From assembly GCF_001194135.2 (NCBI RefSeq), contig NC_068994.1, positions 52,783,966 through 52,847,965 of the forward strand: a stretch of DNA of 64,000 nucleotides. The letters run 5' to 3'. Source of the DNA: Octopus bimaculoides. Taxonomy: Eukaryota. Under the pieces are notes generated by a model. It saw only the letters and a program-made list of their open reading frames with translations, was not told the origin of the DNA and ran no database searches. The position numbers were made by a program, and so were the translations under genes. Numbering within the stretch: position 1 is the stretch's first letter; every line of letters begins with the position of its first letter. Below are positions 39,410 through 52,020 of the stretch, piece after piece.

Positions 39410-40174
39410 CATATGGAAGTTCCTTCGATACTACTGAATAATGGTACTGTACCAAACATTAAGTATGCCTTTAGACACCATGGAAAAATTATTAAACATG
39501 TTTCATAGTATCCATTTTCAATTTTCTATCTTCCATCGATGCATTCCTTGGTGTTTATAACTTTATGTTTCTATGTTGTCTTACAAGAACCCTTCCTTTA
39601 ATCTCCCTCCCTCACTCTCTCTCTCATCCTCTCTGTCTCTCACTCTCTCTCACCCTCTCTCTTTCTCTCTCTATCTCTATCTTAGTTAACTCATTTCTGT
39701 TCGTTTATACGTTTGCTCTTAATAATGGTATTCATCGTTGCTCATTCATAGCGCCAATATTCACACAGATCCTTTTGTTAGTTTTCCCTTAGTACGCTTT
39801 TTCCGTTTTACACTTTTTTGGGTGAAACTTCAAACCATTATCGACATAAAAAAAAATATTATTCATAATATGCTATTTTCATCCCTTTCATTTTTTTTTT
39901 TTTAATGTTTATGTTTAATTAATTATTCTTTGATCTGAGTCGATTTTCTTCTATGGGAATGCTGTTTAACTGTCTTTTCTTTGTGTTGAATTGCAAAATA
40001 TCGCCCTCAGAGCCAGTGAAAATCTGAAACACAAATTGAAAAATGCATATAAATGCGAAAGGGTTTTGCCCTCATCGTTTTTATTTCTCATAACTTTGAT
40101 TGACTATGAAGCTAGAAATAATTTGCGTTATGAGATCATTTCCATACATGATTAAATCTGCATATAAAAATAAG

Positions 40175-40205
<31 letters not shown>

Positions 40206-40258
40206 GTAACAACAACAACAACAACAACATTAACAATAATAATAATAATAATAATAAC

Positions 40259-40296
<38 letters not shown>

Positions 40297-40304
40297 TAAT
40301 AATA

Positions 40305-40507
40305 ATCCTTCCTACTGAAGGTACAAGGCCTGGAATTTGGGGGTGAATTATTGGACTAATCGATTACATCGATCCCAGTGTTTCACTGGTACCTAATTTA
40401 TCGACCCCGAAAGGATGAAGACGCAAGGTCGACCTCGGTGGAATTTGACCACAGAACGGAAATACCGTTAAGCATTTTCTCCGGTGTGTTTACGATTCTG
40501 CCAACAG
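40305..40507 (-). mobile_element. Nin/Deu-domain-like SINE
   Basis: ctggtacctaatttatcgaccccgaaaggatgaagacgcaaggtcgacctcggtggaattt. Confidence 0.85.
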
Positions 40508-41337
40508 TTGTGGTAGTAGTAATAGTAGATGACGCTATTGTTGCTGACGCAGTAGCGACAGTAGTCGTAGGCGTCGTCGTCGTCGTCGTAGTAGTAGTAG
40601 TAGTAGTTGTAGAAATAGTTGGAGGTTATTGTTTTCGGTTTTCCTTTATTGCTTCAATTTAAATGTATTCCCTGAGTATATATTCCTAGAGCTTAATCAA
40701 AATTATTTAAAGTATGACACGCAATTTAGTAAACATTGTTCCGTAAGCTTGAGAGAATGATTCATACCTTGAAAGCAAATTAATTTACCAAGTGTCTTGA
40801 AGGGATTTTTATTTCAGTGAAGTAACATGATTCTGAGATTCAAGGAAGTGGAGAAGATTCAACTTTTCCTACGAGGTAAAAATTAAAATTATTTTATATT
40901 ACATATGGTTTTGGTGGGGTGTAAAGGAATATAGAAAACGCCTACTGCAGGAAGGATGTAACCCTCTGTAAGAAAACCACTCCGGAAAACTTTGGGGGTT
41001 TTACGAACTTTAGAGGATTTTTAGTTTCATATGAAGTCGGTATTTGTAAATACTTATAAAAAGGCACATAAGGATTAAAATTATGGATGATAAAACAATA
41101 TGTCGTTTGTCAATTATTAACTGGAAATTTAATAATCCACGTAACTGCTTTCATTTTATATAAATATTTTAAGTTCAAGGTGACATTAAACAGTTCTATT
41201 GCACATCTATACATTATTATGCATTAGTATAAAAGCTTTTGATTTTCCAAGAACAACATAAAACAATCATTGTGTTTGGCATGATAACGGTCCTGTCAGT
41301 TCTCATTCCTTGAATAACTTTAAAAAATGGCATCAAC

Positions 41338-41725
41338 CTTTGGCACAGGGCCAACAGTTCTTGAAGGGGGAGATAAGTCGATTATACCGCCCCAATGCCC
41401 AACCGGTACTTAAATAATCGACCCCGAAACGGTGGAAGGCAAAGCTGACCGCAGTGGAACTCGGGACCTAAAGATGGAAGAAATACCTCTAGGTATTACG
41501 TGCTTAACAGTTTTTTTTTTCTAATCTAGGCACAAGGCCTGACATGTTTGGGAAGGTGGCCAGTCGATTAGATCGACCCCAGTATGCAACTTGCACTTAA
41601 TTTTTCGACTCCGAAAGGATAAAAGGCAAAGTTGACCTCGGCGAAATTTGAACTCAGAACCTAAAGGCAGACGAAATACCGCTAAGCATTTCGCCCGTCG
41701 TGCTTACGTTTCTGCCAGCTCACCA
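41338..41725 (-). mobile_element. two head-to-tail Nin/Deu-like SINEs (about 41338-41511, 41518-41725)
   Basis: Both carry the reverse-complement core; the second is near full length (gaaaggataaaaggcaaagttgacctcggcgaaatttgaactcagaac). Confidence 0.85.
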
Positions 41726-42364
41726 TTTGCAGAGCAGAAATAACGAGAAATATCTATGGACAGCACCTTTCATTCTTGGAATCCTAGTATAGTATGCATG
41801 ATGACATCATCCTTATAGCAGTTTTATAGAGATAACATTTTCTTAAGATTTTATTCGCAAATATATGTTTCTTTATTCAGTAAAGAAATGTTAAATTGGG
41901 TTTAATGCATGTGAATTATATATATAATCATCTGAGGTATTATGAAATAGTGAGACGATTATATTAGAATACAAAAGTCAGTATTGCATGTCATGAAAAT
42001 GTATTCTTAGCAATGCAATACTGAAATTAATATTACATACAGGAGAAAATAAAAACCAAGGGAGTTATTTTGATACTCGAATATTATTAAAATAAACGAT
42101 AATACAGTTATTGTTGGAATAAGTTAAGTTATATGTAGATTAAAAATTATTTATATATAAACCCCTGTAAAATATACTTAAACAAATCCACGATATATAT
42201 ATATGTGATAAACATTGTTGAACAAAATATATAAGCTGATATATAAGTGCTAGAACAAGAACAAAGAGTTCTTCAGTCAAACATATGATTATAAAAGTTA
42301 ACATGATGCAGCGTATATGAAAGTAATTGTATTATATAATGATAAAGTTTATATTTATGTGCAG

Positions 42365-42469
42365 AATGCCCTACAGGTATTCCTGAGTTGATGTGGCAGA
42401 TGTCAGATATCACAAATTATCTCTTTTATAAAATGGCAGCCTACGGCAGTCATCAATGCAGTGTCGATG
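42365..42469 (+). other. candidate 105-nt coding exon (phase 1-1), gene unidentified
   Basis: tttatatttatgtgcag acceptor, ATG|gtaaga donor; only one frame is open: xCPTGIPELMWQMSDITNYLFYKMAAYGSHQCSVDx. Confidence 0.35.
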
Positions 42470-42825
42470 GTAAGAAATCAATGTGTTCGCAAGGTTTAAG
42501 TTTATATTAGGTTCCTACTAATGAAATTACAAATAGGGATAAAGAACTATAAACGGTTGCGTTGAAAATTCACAATTAGCTGTACAAATAGTCTTTAAAT
42601 AAATTTAAACACCAAAAACATATTCCGATGCATGATTTTTCTTGTCCTGAACATCTCCACGTATAATAGGGAATCTCAACAATGTTCGAGGAGAGGTAGG
42701 AAGTAAAATAATTATGAAGATCCTACTTTGGTTAGGAAACCCTTATGAATAATGAAAAGAAGGAAACAAAGGCTGTCGAATTAACTTCACTAATGATAAT
42801 AATAACACTAATTATAATAATAATC

Positions 42826-42968
42826 TTTTTTACTATAGACCTGAAATTTTAGGGGAGGAGGCTACGCAATTACATCGAACCCAGTACGTAACTGGTACTC
42901 AGAACGTAGCGACGAACGGAATACTGCTAAGCATTTCGTCTAGCATGCTAACGATTCTGCCAGCTCGC
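42826..42968 (-). mobile_element. Nin/Deu-like SINE with the central domain deleted
   Basis: aactggtact is joined directly to cagaacgtag; the intervening core present in the other copies is missing. Confidence 0.8.
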
Positions 42969-43052
42969 AGTCAAAAATGACTGAAACAAGTAAAAGAATA
43001 TATATATATATATATAAATTCGTTGTGTGCAAGTATGTAAGTATAATTAACC

Positions 43053-43093
<41 letters not shown>

Positions 43094-43644
43094 GTTAGGT
43101 GTTTCGAATACTTTTCTTTGCTTCCTACTCCCCCTCTCACTCCCCATCTCTCTCTTCCTCTCTCTCACTGGCCTTCTTCTGAATTTAGATTAAATATTAT
43201 ACAGGGAAAATGGTATATTTCTTATAAGATTCAAGAAACAACAAATAGTTAAACTACAATAATATCTGTTGTGAATATCATTAGTATTAATGTATTAATA
43301 TTTGTGATTTGTCGAAGATTGCGCGTTTGGATTCACTTAGCGAATAGATACTTGCCTCAACTCCCAGTGACTTATTTTGTTACAGGCCGTATTGATAGAG
43401 TACTGAGAAATACATGGTATTCTACTTGTTTGTTAGTACGATAGACACACACACACACATGCGCGCGCACACTCTCTACCACCATCATCGTTTCCACTTC
43501 CACCACGAACACATTTAAATGTCAGTAGCACTATATTGTCGGTTTATAACTCTGACAGTAGAGTGGGTGTATTAATAAGTGAATTAGATTTCTAAGTGCT
43601 TTGTTCTAATGTTCGCTGATATAGTATCATATTATTTATTAGAG

Positions 43645-43850
43645 ATGGCAAAAGGCAGCGAGATGTTAGAATCTTTAGAATAGCAGATAAATACGTAACG
43701 ACATTTCTTCGTGTGTTCTTAGTTCAAATTCCGCCGAGGCTGACTCTGCCTTTTATCCTTTTGGGCTCGATTAAGTACCAATGAATCACTCGGGTTGATA
43801 TCATCGACTAGTCCCTTCCCACAAAATTTCAGATCTTATACATTTAGTAG
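43645..43850 (+). mobile_element. Nin/Deu-domain-like SINE
   Basis: ttagttcaaattccgccgaggctgactctgccttttatccttttgggctcgattaagtacc...aaaatttcag. Confidence 0.8.
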
Positions 43851-43889
43851 AAATGATTATTTTTATTTATTGTTATTATTGGCTAGGAG

Positions 43890-44015
43890 AATCGTTACCA
43901 CACCGACATAAATGCTTGCTAGCAATTTCTTTGCTTCAAATGCCACGGCGTGAGATCGAACAATGGACGACATGCTTACAACGTGAACTTTGTAACCACC
44001 CATCAATGTATGAAT
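43890..44015 (-). mobile_element. degenerate CORE-like SINE
   Basis: tttgcttcaaatgccacggcgtgagatcgaac...gtaaccac, similar to the reverse complement of the 32.5 kb family. Confidence 0.5.
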
Positions 44016-44616
44016 CTCTGGGTAAAAAAAAAACATGAATGAATCTTGTTCGTAATTAAGTAAGGACCATGAAACATTTAAGGGAATCTATATATGCATG
44101 CGTTACCCCTGAAATATATGCCAAGCCAGATAACGTAATTCAGTCATGAAAAAGAGACAGTTGTGATAAACTTCTGCGACATTTTGTGTTTCATATTAAC
44201 AAGTTTGGATAACCAAAGGTGAAATTCTGTGTATCATAGTCTTACTCTATTAGGCCATGCTTGAAGCCAAAAATTAACAACCAACAAATGTTGATTATTT
44301 TAGCCCCGGGTCAGTCTTGGACTAATTCTACTCAACCGTCATTTCAGCCAGTAACCAAACATGAAAAATCGTAGGCTTTGAAAATTTGTGATAAGAAAGA
44401 AAGAACTTAGATGATTTACTCATCGATGGATTAATTTTGAATCCGAGGTAATAGTATACCGATTGAAATGCCTTTGATCATTTGTATCCTGAAGCAGGAC
44501 AGCCATAAGTCTAAGTAGAATTAATATCTCCCATAAGCTGGTGTATGTATATATTCATATATGATTATAATGCCGCAAATTTTCACGCAAAGACACACAA
44601 CTTATGTAAATATACC

Positions 44617-44699
<83 letters not shown>

Positions 44700-45700
44700 A
44701 GAAGATTTCTAATGGTACCATATGGTCCTATCTACACCACATCAGATACAGAGAAAGAAACTAAATAAATTAACAAAGTATCTAAGGCCGCAATTTCTTT
44801 GATGTTTGGTCTCTACATTTTGATCTCGACGTTAACTAAAACGACTATTGGCTCTGAAGTACAAGGACAGAACTCCACATTCCCACACTCATGCACATAC
44901 GCATACATTCACACGCACACACATACACGTGCACACGCGAAGGCACGCACCCACACGCACGCACATGCCAACATACACACATGTAAACACTCACGTACAA
45001 ACATCCATTGTCACTTCAAGACAATGAACACACATTAACAACGATCAGGCTGGCTAATAGTGATAGAAAGCGCCATAATTGCGCTGAGTGACACACAGAG
45101 GAACGCTGCATTATTTTCGTACAGAAACGCGCTTTCTGTCTTTTGCTCATATTAAAATACTTTAGTTTTGTTTTCTTTGCTGGTTTCTGTCATCTTCCTC
45201 CATTCCCATTCACTAAGTGTCATTTTATTTATCTTTTGATTTATCTATTCGATATTTCTTGTAATTTTTTTTCTTTCCTTCCTACACAGAAACATAGCCA
45301 TACGTATAATGACGTACACACATTGTTTGCGAAAACACACGCGCGCGCCGCGGCCGCCAGCGCAGAGGCGAATGTACGAATATATATATATATATATGCG
45401 TGTGTGTCTGTGTGTGTAAACGCGCGTGTAGTTTGTGTTTGTATATATCTATGGATGAAGGCAGATTGAAATGCACATGAACGATCTCACATAGAAAATT
45501 GTACACAGTAGCTACGAAGGCACACACATACACAAACACACACAAACGCTCATTCTGAAGTTTCTCACAGACATGTACACACATTGAAGAATGGAGTCAA
45601 GAAAAGTAAATTTTACGAGAAATAATTGCCACGTGAACGTAATTGTTATCTGATGTTCTCGAGTGAAATCTTCAGATGTTTAATAAAAGTGAAGAAATAA

Positions 45701-45738
<38 letters not shown>

Positions 45739-45781
45739 AGCAACAAAAATAAGCATAGCTATTACCAATAANNNNNNNNNN

Positions 45782-45812
<31 letters not shown>

Positions 45813-46314
45813 AGCAACAAAAATAAGCATAGCTATTACCAATAATAATAATAATAATAATAATGATACTGATGTAGTTGCTGCTGCGCCTACCACTACA
45901 ACTAGTACAAGAAAGATAGAACTATTGCTATTACTACTACTGCCGCTGTTACTGCTGCTGATGCTACTACTACTATTACTACTACAACTACTTGAGCAAA
46001 CGAGAAAACGTGCTGCTCAGTTGGTCCAGATGCTTCTGCTGGTGACTTAGCTAGAAATAACAGCAACGTTTCTTTCAAAGAATACACTACCGTCTTAAGA
46101 AAGGAAGATATTGGAAAAGGTCCATTAAGTGGGGGTAGAACATCATCCATATTTCTAATCACGGAGCCTGAATTTCAGACCCTAAATCGATCCGAGCTTG
46201 CATCTGGTCCTTGCCTTCTTTTAATGAATTCTTCAAAAGAAAATAAGAGGCCAGTTAAATGTGTGGAAACGTATTGATTCGTCACCTGAAGAAATGATTG
46301 CTTTTGATTGCAAG

Positions 46315-46990
46315 CCCAGTTGTCGGCAATGTTGTACGGAAGGGGTCAGCTGATAACATCGATTCTAATTATTGATGAGTACTTTGTTTGCAATAAGGGA
46401 AAGGTAAGCTGACCTCAGTGGAATTTGTACTGAGATTGTAAAATGTCGGAAGATATACCGCAAGGCATTCTGTCCGACGCTCTCATAAGTTTGCCAATTT
46501 TCTGCCTTCAACAACAGCACCAGCACCACCGCAACAACACCAACAACAGCAACAACAACTACTACTACTACTATTATTGATCACGAGGGCAATTATTTTT
46601 ACATATAGCCAGCAATATCGTGGAGTGATGGTAAGCCGATTACATCCATCCCACTGCTCAACTGGTACTTGATTTTAGCAACCACGAAGGAATGAAAAGC
46701 AAAGCTGACCTCGGTGAAATTTGAACTCAGAATATAAAGACGGACGAAAAGCCGCAAAGCAATTTTCCCGGCGCGGTACTGAATCTGCAAGCTCGCCACC
46801 TTGACAACCCATTTCGTAATATTGCTTTCAAATGTTGGCACAAGGCTAGTGTTCAACAGGTAGTTATTTTATCGACCCCAAAAGGGTGAAAGGCAAAGTG
46901 GACTTTGGCGGAATCTGAACTCGGAACGTGAAGAAATGCCGTTAAGCATTTTGCCCGGTGCGCTAATGATTCTACCAGCTCCCCGCTTTA
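46315..46990 (-). mobile_element. three same-orientation Nin/Deu-like SINEs (about 46315-46500, 46590-46805, 46830-46990)
   Basis: Repeated aaagctgacctc/gtggacttt..ggaattt/ctgaactc..aagcatt..gccagct pattern. Confidence 0.8.
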
Positions 46991-47148
46991 CACATTTCGT
47001 AATATTGCAAGGAAATTTTGCTCATTGCTCTAACGAATTAGCCATCCATCACTTTCTTGTTAATATTAATTTTTAAGAGGGACGCATGAACTTCGAATTG
47101 TATAATTGGGAATAATTGATTACATCTCAGTTGGGTATTTCACTACAG

Positions 47149-47233
47149 CTCTACCGAACAAGGATATTTTTCCTGGGAATAGTGCCAGAAGAAAGGGACT
47201 GTTTCCATTGTCTTTGCACGTTCCTGGACACGG
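47149..47233 (+). other. candidate 85-nt exon, gene unidentified
   Basis: gtatttcactacag acceptor, CGG|gtgaga donor; two open frames (LPNKDIFPGNSARRKGLFPLSLHVPGH or LYRTRIFFLGIVPEERDCFHCLCTFLDT); GC above background. Confidence 0.3.
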
Positions 47234-47942
47234 GTGAGATCAAAGAGGTTAAGTATCCTCTTTGAAATGTTGCAAGTTGACCGGCAAGGTGAAGTTGTGT
47301 GGAAGGAAAACTCCTTGGATCAAAGGCCAAATTATTCTTAAAGCGATTTGAATAGAGAACAGGAAAAGATCTGAAACAAATTACGGCATGGGTTGTGTTC
47401 TTCTTCGTGGATTCGTACAATCACTGACTTCTTGCATAATCATAGTTTTAGAAAACTAGCAAAGGCTATGATCAATGCCTCTTCATTGAAAGAAAACTGA
47501 TATAAAGAAAATGATGCTAATCATATTTAACATGTGCACAAAGCTATAATATTTGTGTTTGTGGTTTGAAGGGACAGTTGAATAATTTTTTATTATAAAA
47601 AGCACAAAAGAAAAACAAATGAAATAAAATTGGGACCGCGAAAAATCACTTGTGTCAAAAACCAATCTTTTAAATAATTTATCAGGTTATATTTAATTTT
47701 CGGTGCATTTCAGAATTTACTCCATCATGAAGGGTGGAGTTTTCAAAGAAATACGAGATTTAATATAAAACAAAATACATGCTACAATTCCGTGTGATAC
47801 GTGAATATATATTCACACTCATACGGACACAAACAGACGCACACGCACATACACACACATGTATATATATATATATATATATAGCTATATACATGGAAAA
47901 CAAACCTCATCCAGCTATTCTGATTATATGTCTGTGCACACG

Positions 47943-48011
47943 TTTGAATGTGGTGTGTGCCAGAGGGTTTGCAAATCCAATGGGGGTCTTAAAAGACATG
48001 TTAGGATCCAC
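47943..48011 (+). other. single C2H2 zinc finger coding segment abutting an assembly gap (probably the C-terminal finger of a LINE ORF)
   Basis: FECGVCQRVCKSNGGLKRHVRIH = C-x2-C-x12-H-x3-H; reading frame open into the gap at 48046; no TGEKP linker; preceded by a TA microsatellite. Confidence 0.7.
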
Positions 48012-49069
48012 AATGAGCAGAACTTACTTGCAGGTATTGGTAGTGNNNNNNNNNNNNNNNNNNNNNNNNNNNNNNNNNNNNNNNNNNNNNNNNNNNNNNN
48101 NNNNNNNNNNNNNNNNNNNNNNNNNNNNNNNNNNNNNNNNNNNNNNNNNNNNNNNNNNNNNNNNNNNNNNNNNNNNNNNNNNNNNNNNNNNNNNNNNNNN
48201 NNNNNNNNNNNNNNNNNNNNNNNNNNNNNNNNNNNNNNNNNNNNNNNNNNNNNNNNNNNNNNNNNNNNNNNNNNNNNNNNNNNNNNNNNNNNNNNNNNNN
48301 NNNNNNNNNNNNNNNNNNNNNNNNNNNNNNNNNNNNNNNNNNNNNNNNNNNNNNNNNNNNNNNNNNNNNNNNNNNNNNNNNNNNNNNNNNNNNNNNNNNN
48401 NNNNNNNNNNNNNNNNNNNNNNNNNNNNNNNNNNNNNNNNNNNNNNNNNNNNNNNNNNNNNNNNNNNNNNNNNNNNNNNNNNNNNNNNNNNNNNNNNNNN
48501 NNNNNNNNNNNNNNNNNNNNNNNNNNNNNNNNNNNNNNNNNNNNNNNNNNNTATATATATATATATAAATGCATGTATATGTAAAATATAATCTACCATG
48601 AACGACAACGTGCAATTTTAACAAGTCTGATGGTAATACCGACTGATACAAAGTAAAACAAATCCATCATGGTTGTTTACACAGGCGAGCATTACATGTC
48701 GTATGTTGTGGTTTTCTTACCAGTGAAATAAGAAATTCTATTCCTTAATTAATTTCTAATTGCATTAACTCGGTAGAGTTTCTTTTAAAAACATGGAACG
48801 ACACTAGTACCGCAGAAACTTTCCCAACAGACTTATATGCTAAAAAAGGTTCTCAGTGACGCATATGCCATGCGTTCTGAACGAAGCCGAAATTGTTTGT
48901 TCCCATATAGATATCGGTGAACACACAATTCATTGATTTCTACGAAAGCTAAGTCCTCTAAATTAAGATTGATACACACACCACTAACAGCTTACTTCTA
49001 AAACCGCGCGGATGAATGTGTACAAATATGGAGTAGTATTAGCTGTAATATTTTGGCCCATATTGCTCC

Positions 49070-49265
49070 TTTGTGGCCTAGTAGGTAAGTGTGTTTAGAA
49101 GTGGTGGTTTCAAATCCCTGCTAGGAATTACTAGAGCTCTTATGAGATACTTTATTCCGCCGAGCTCAACTTTGCTTTTCATCCTTTCGGGGTCGATAAC
49201 TTAAGTACCAGTTGCGTAGTGGGGACGATCTAATCGACTGGCCCGTGGCTAGAGTAGAAAAGAAT
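49070..49265 (+). mobile_element. SINE with atypical head joined to a Nin/Deu-like body
   Basis: gtggcctagtaggtaagtg...ggtttcaaatccc head, then attccgccgagctcaactttgcttttcatcctttcggggtcgataacttaagtaccagttg. Confidence 0.75.
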
Positions 49266-49964
49266 ATTTTGGCCCAAAGAAACATCTCCAAGAGACTTGA
49301 GTACCGTTCTGGTTTTATATACACACAGTAGATTGTATGCAAGCCAATATTTTATATGTATTTAAAGAGATATATTCAAGTACTGTTGTATAGTAGTATA
49401 CTGTTCCTATAAATCATTTTATATTTCTTTTCTGGTTTCACATTAGCATCATTACATGTATTTTTTATTACATCATCTTTGTGATGTCCATCGTGTGATG
49501 TTCATTGAAGATACCATTACACTCTCGTCATTAGGATTATCATAATCATCATAGTAAATATCATTATACGGTTGTATACATCAGTGTTATTAGTATCTTG
49601 TCAAATGTGAATGTTAATTAAGTTAGAAATTATTCAAAAACGTCCATTTTAATTGGCTCTGAGAAAATATAGAGTAACATGGGATTTTATCATAGTTGAT
49701 CAAATAAAATTTATGTAATATATTGTTTCTGAAATTATTCAAAAACAAAATAAGGCGAACTTTTTTTTTTTTCATAGAGAACATAATAATAACACTACAT
49801 ATATGAAATCTTATGTTGATTAGAGGATTTCCAACTAAATTTTAGCAAGACGAAAATATTTCGTGCATAATAACTCGTATATACAACGTATGTCCAAAAA
49901 TGTACTGTTTCTAAGTATAAGACTAGCTTTCATATTTTATCTTTGATATATTAATTGTTAAATC

Positions 49965-50165
49965 TTTAAACTATGGCCATGCTGGGGCACCGCCTTGGGG
50001 AATTGTAGTCCGAACTAATAATCTGTCCCAGTATATATATATATTTTTCTTTTTAAGCTTGCTACTTATTCTAGCCGTCTCTTTTGCCGAACCGCAAAGT
50101 TACTGTGATGTAAGCACACAAACACTTATCATCAAGCAATGGTAGGGGACAAATACAGACACAAA
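49965..50165 (-). mobile_element. SINE of the third family (homologous to 51570-51780)
   Basis: ggccatgctggggcaccgcc...tacttattctagccgtctcttttgccgaaccgcaaagttac. Confidence 0.75.
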
Positions 50166-50259
50166 TGCACACACATGCACACATAGACACGCACCCACAC
50201 GCGTACGCATGTACACACATACACACATACATATATGAATGTTTGTGTGTCTCTCTCTC

Positions 50260-50324
<65 letters not shown>

Positions 50325-50329
50325 AAAAT

Positions 50330-50450
50330 CGACGTGTTTATCTCAGGTTCTGTCGACGAAATCCACTCTTGGATCGGCCCGAGGCAATAGCAGAACACAC
50401 TTGATCAAGGTGCCACACAGTGGCATTGAACTTGGGGCCATGTGGTTGTA
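50330..50450 (-). mobile_element. CORE-like SINE fragment
   Basis: tcggcccgaggcaatagcagaacacacttgatcaaggtgccacacagtggcattgaac, homologous to 32540-32600. Confidence 0.75.
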
Positions 50451-50454
50451 AAGA

Positions 50455-50863
50455 GTCCGACGTAAGAGTCCGACGTCCCTGTCTGAAAGTTTTGGTTTTC
50501 TTCGGGAGTTTTGTTTCGACGAGGAGGTTTTACCCTCTTTCTCAAAGGCTGTCAGTACTTTCGAGACAGTACTTCTTGATACACCAAACATTTCGGCTGT
50601 TTACGTTACACTAGCTGCTACCATACGAGCGTCAACAATTTGACCTTATTGAAAGTCTGATACATCTGTCATTTTAATGAGTTTTAGTTACCTTTCTCTG
50701 ATGATATCTGAAAAGAAACAGCCATTTTAGCAAAACATATTAAGCAATACTAATAATAAATAAAAAAAAGCATAAAAATAAACTAACTTTCGACGGTCTT
50801 ATCGATATTTCTAAATTATGAAGCTATAATTCTACGTGTTTCCATTATTTTGTCCAATCCCTG
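50455..50863 (-). mobile_element. Tc1-type transposon 5' part (TIR plus paired-like HTH)
   Basis: Minus strand begins CAGGGATTGGACAAAATAATGGAAACAC at 50863; MTDVSDFQ*GQIVDARMVAASVT*TAEMFGVSRSTVSKVLTAFEKEGKTSSSKQNSRRKPKLSDRD from 50672, with in-frame stops. Confidence 0.88.
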
Positions 50864-50875
50864 GATATATTTATG

Positions 50876-50970
<95 letters not shown>

Positions 50971-51338
50971 ATATATATGCATGTGACTGTGCAAGTATGG
51001 GTGTGTGCGCGTGTTTTTGTATGTGTTAAGTAAAATCTTAACAGTAAAATTGAGTGGAAAACATCTTTGACAAACGTGTATAGAACTGAGAAGCTTTCGC
51101 GATTAAACATTTCCTGCAAGTCAGATACGGCGTCTACAAAGCGGACGTTTCTATTACAATATGGTATTATACAATGAGAAAATCATGCGTGAATGGTTTT
51201 CTATTTAGATAATGAAATGTATTGATTATGTTACTGACTTATATCACACATCACTTGAATACTTTCCCTAGTGTTCGCCGATAAAAGATACATATTAAAG
51301 TTGTATGCTTTACATGTTAAGCAGTTTAGCTTGCTCTG

Positions 51339-51382
<44 letters not shown>

Positions 51383-51569
51383 TGCTTTTCTTTCCCACTC
51401 TCTTGATTTGATTCGTAAAAAGCATTCATTTTCTCACCACAGTTGAGGCAGCGAATTTAGACAACTTCACACACTAAAACAACTGCAAAGTGAAGGTGTT
51501 ACTTAAACAAAAGACCTGCACAGGCATACGTACTTCTGTACGTAAATGTATATATACTCTTTTATACTC

Positions 51570-51780
51570 TTTTACTTGTTTCAGTCATTTGAGTGTGGCC
51601 ATACTGGAGCACCGCCTTTAGTCGAGCAAATCGATCCCAGGACTTATTCTTTGTACGCCTAGTACTTATTCTATCGGTCTGTTTTGCCGAACCGCTAAGT
51701 TACGGGGAAGTAAACACACCAGCATCGGTNNNNNNNNNNGGGGGGGGGGGCACAGACACACAAACATATTCACACACATT
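51570..51780 (-). mobile_element. SINE of the third family, near full length with a 10-N gap
   Basis: tttacttgtttcagtcatttgagtgtggccatactggagcaccgcc...tacttattctatcggtctgttttgccgaaccgctaagttacgggg; the same tail occurs on the + strand at about 42968-43000. Confidence 0.8.
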
Positions 51781-52020
51781 TATATTCTGCAAGCAATGGT
51801 TGCTTGTTAATCATTTCTGTTTGACTCTCAACAGGAAAAGTAATAAATATATAGCGCTCACTTTTTTTCTTCTGTCATTAACTGATATTATGCTTTCTTG
51901 GCTTATTAACTTAGTCTCCCTCGCCTACAAATCCTTACACACACTAATCCTCACCAACACATGCTCTGTGTACTTGTTAGTCTGTATCGGTGACAGATTC
52001 ATATGTACAAGCTTCTATAC

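Noticed and set aside
45700-45845. Direct repeat (ACT)n-acagcaacaaaaataagcatagctattaccaata on both sides of a 10-N gap
   Set aside because: Typical unmerged contig overlap; the same pattern occurs at about 29270-29410. Assembly artefact rather than a biological duplication.
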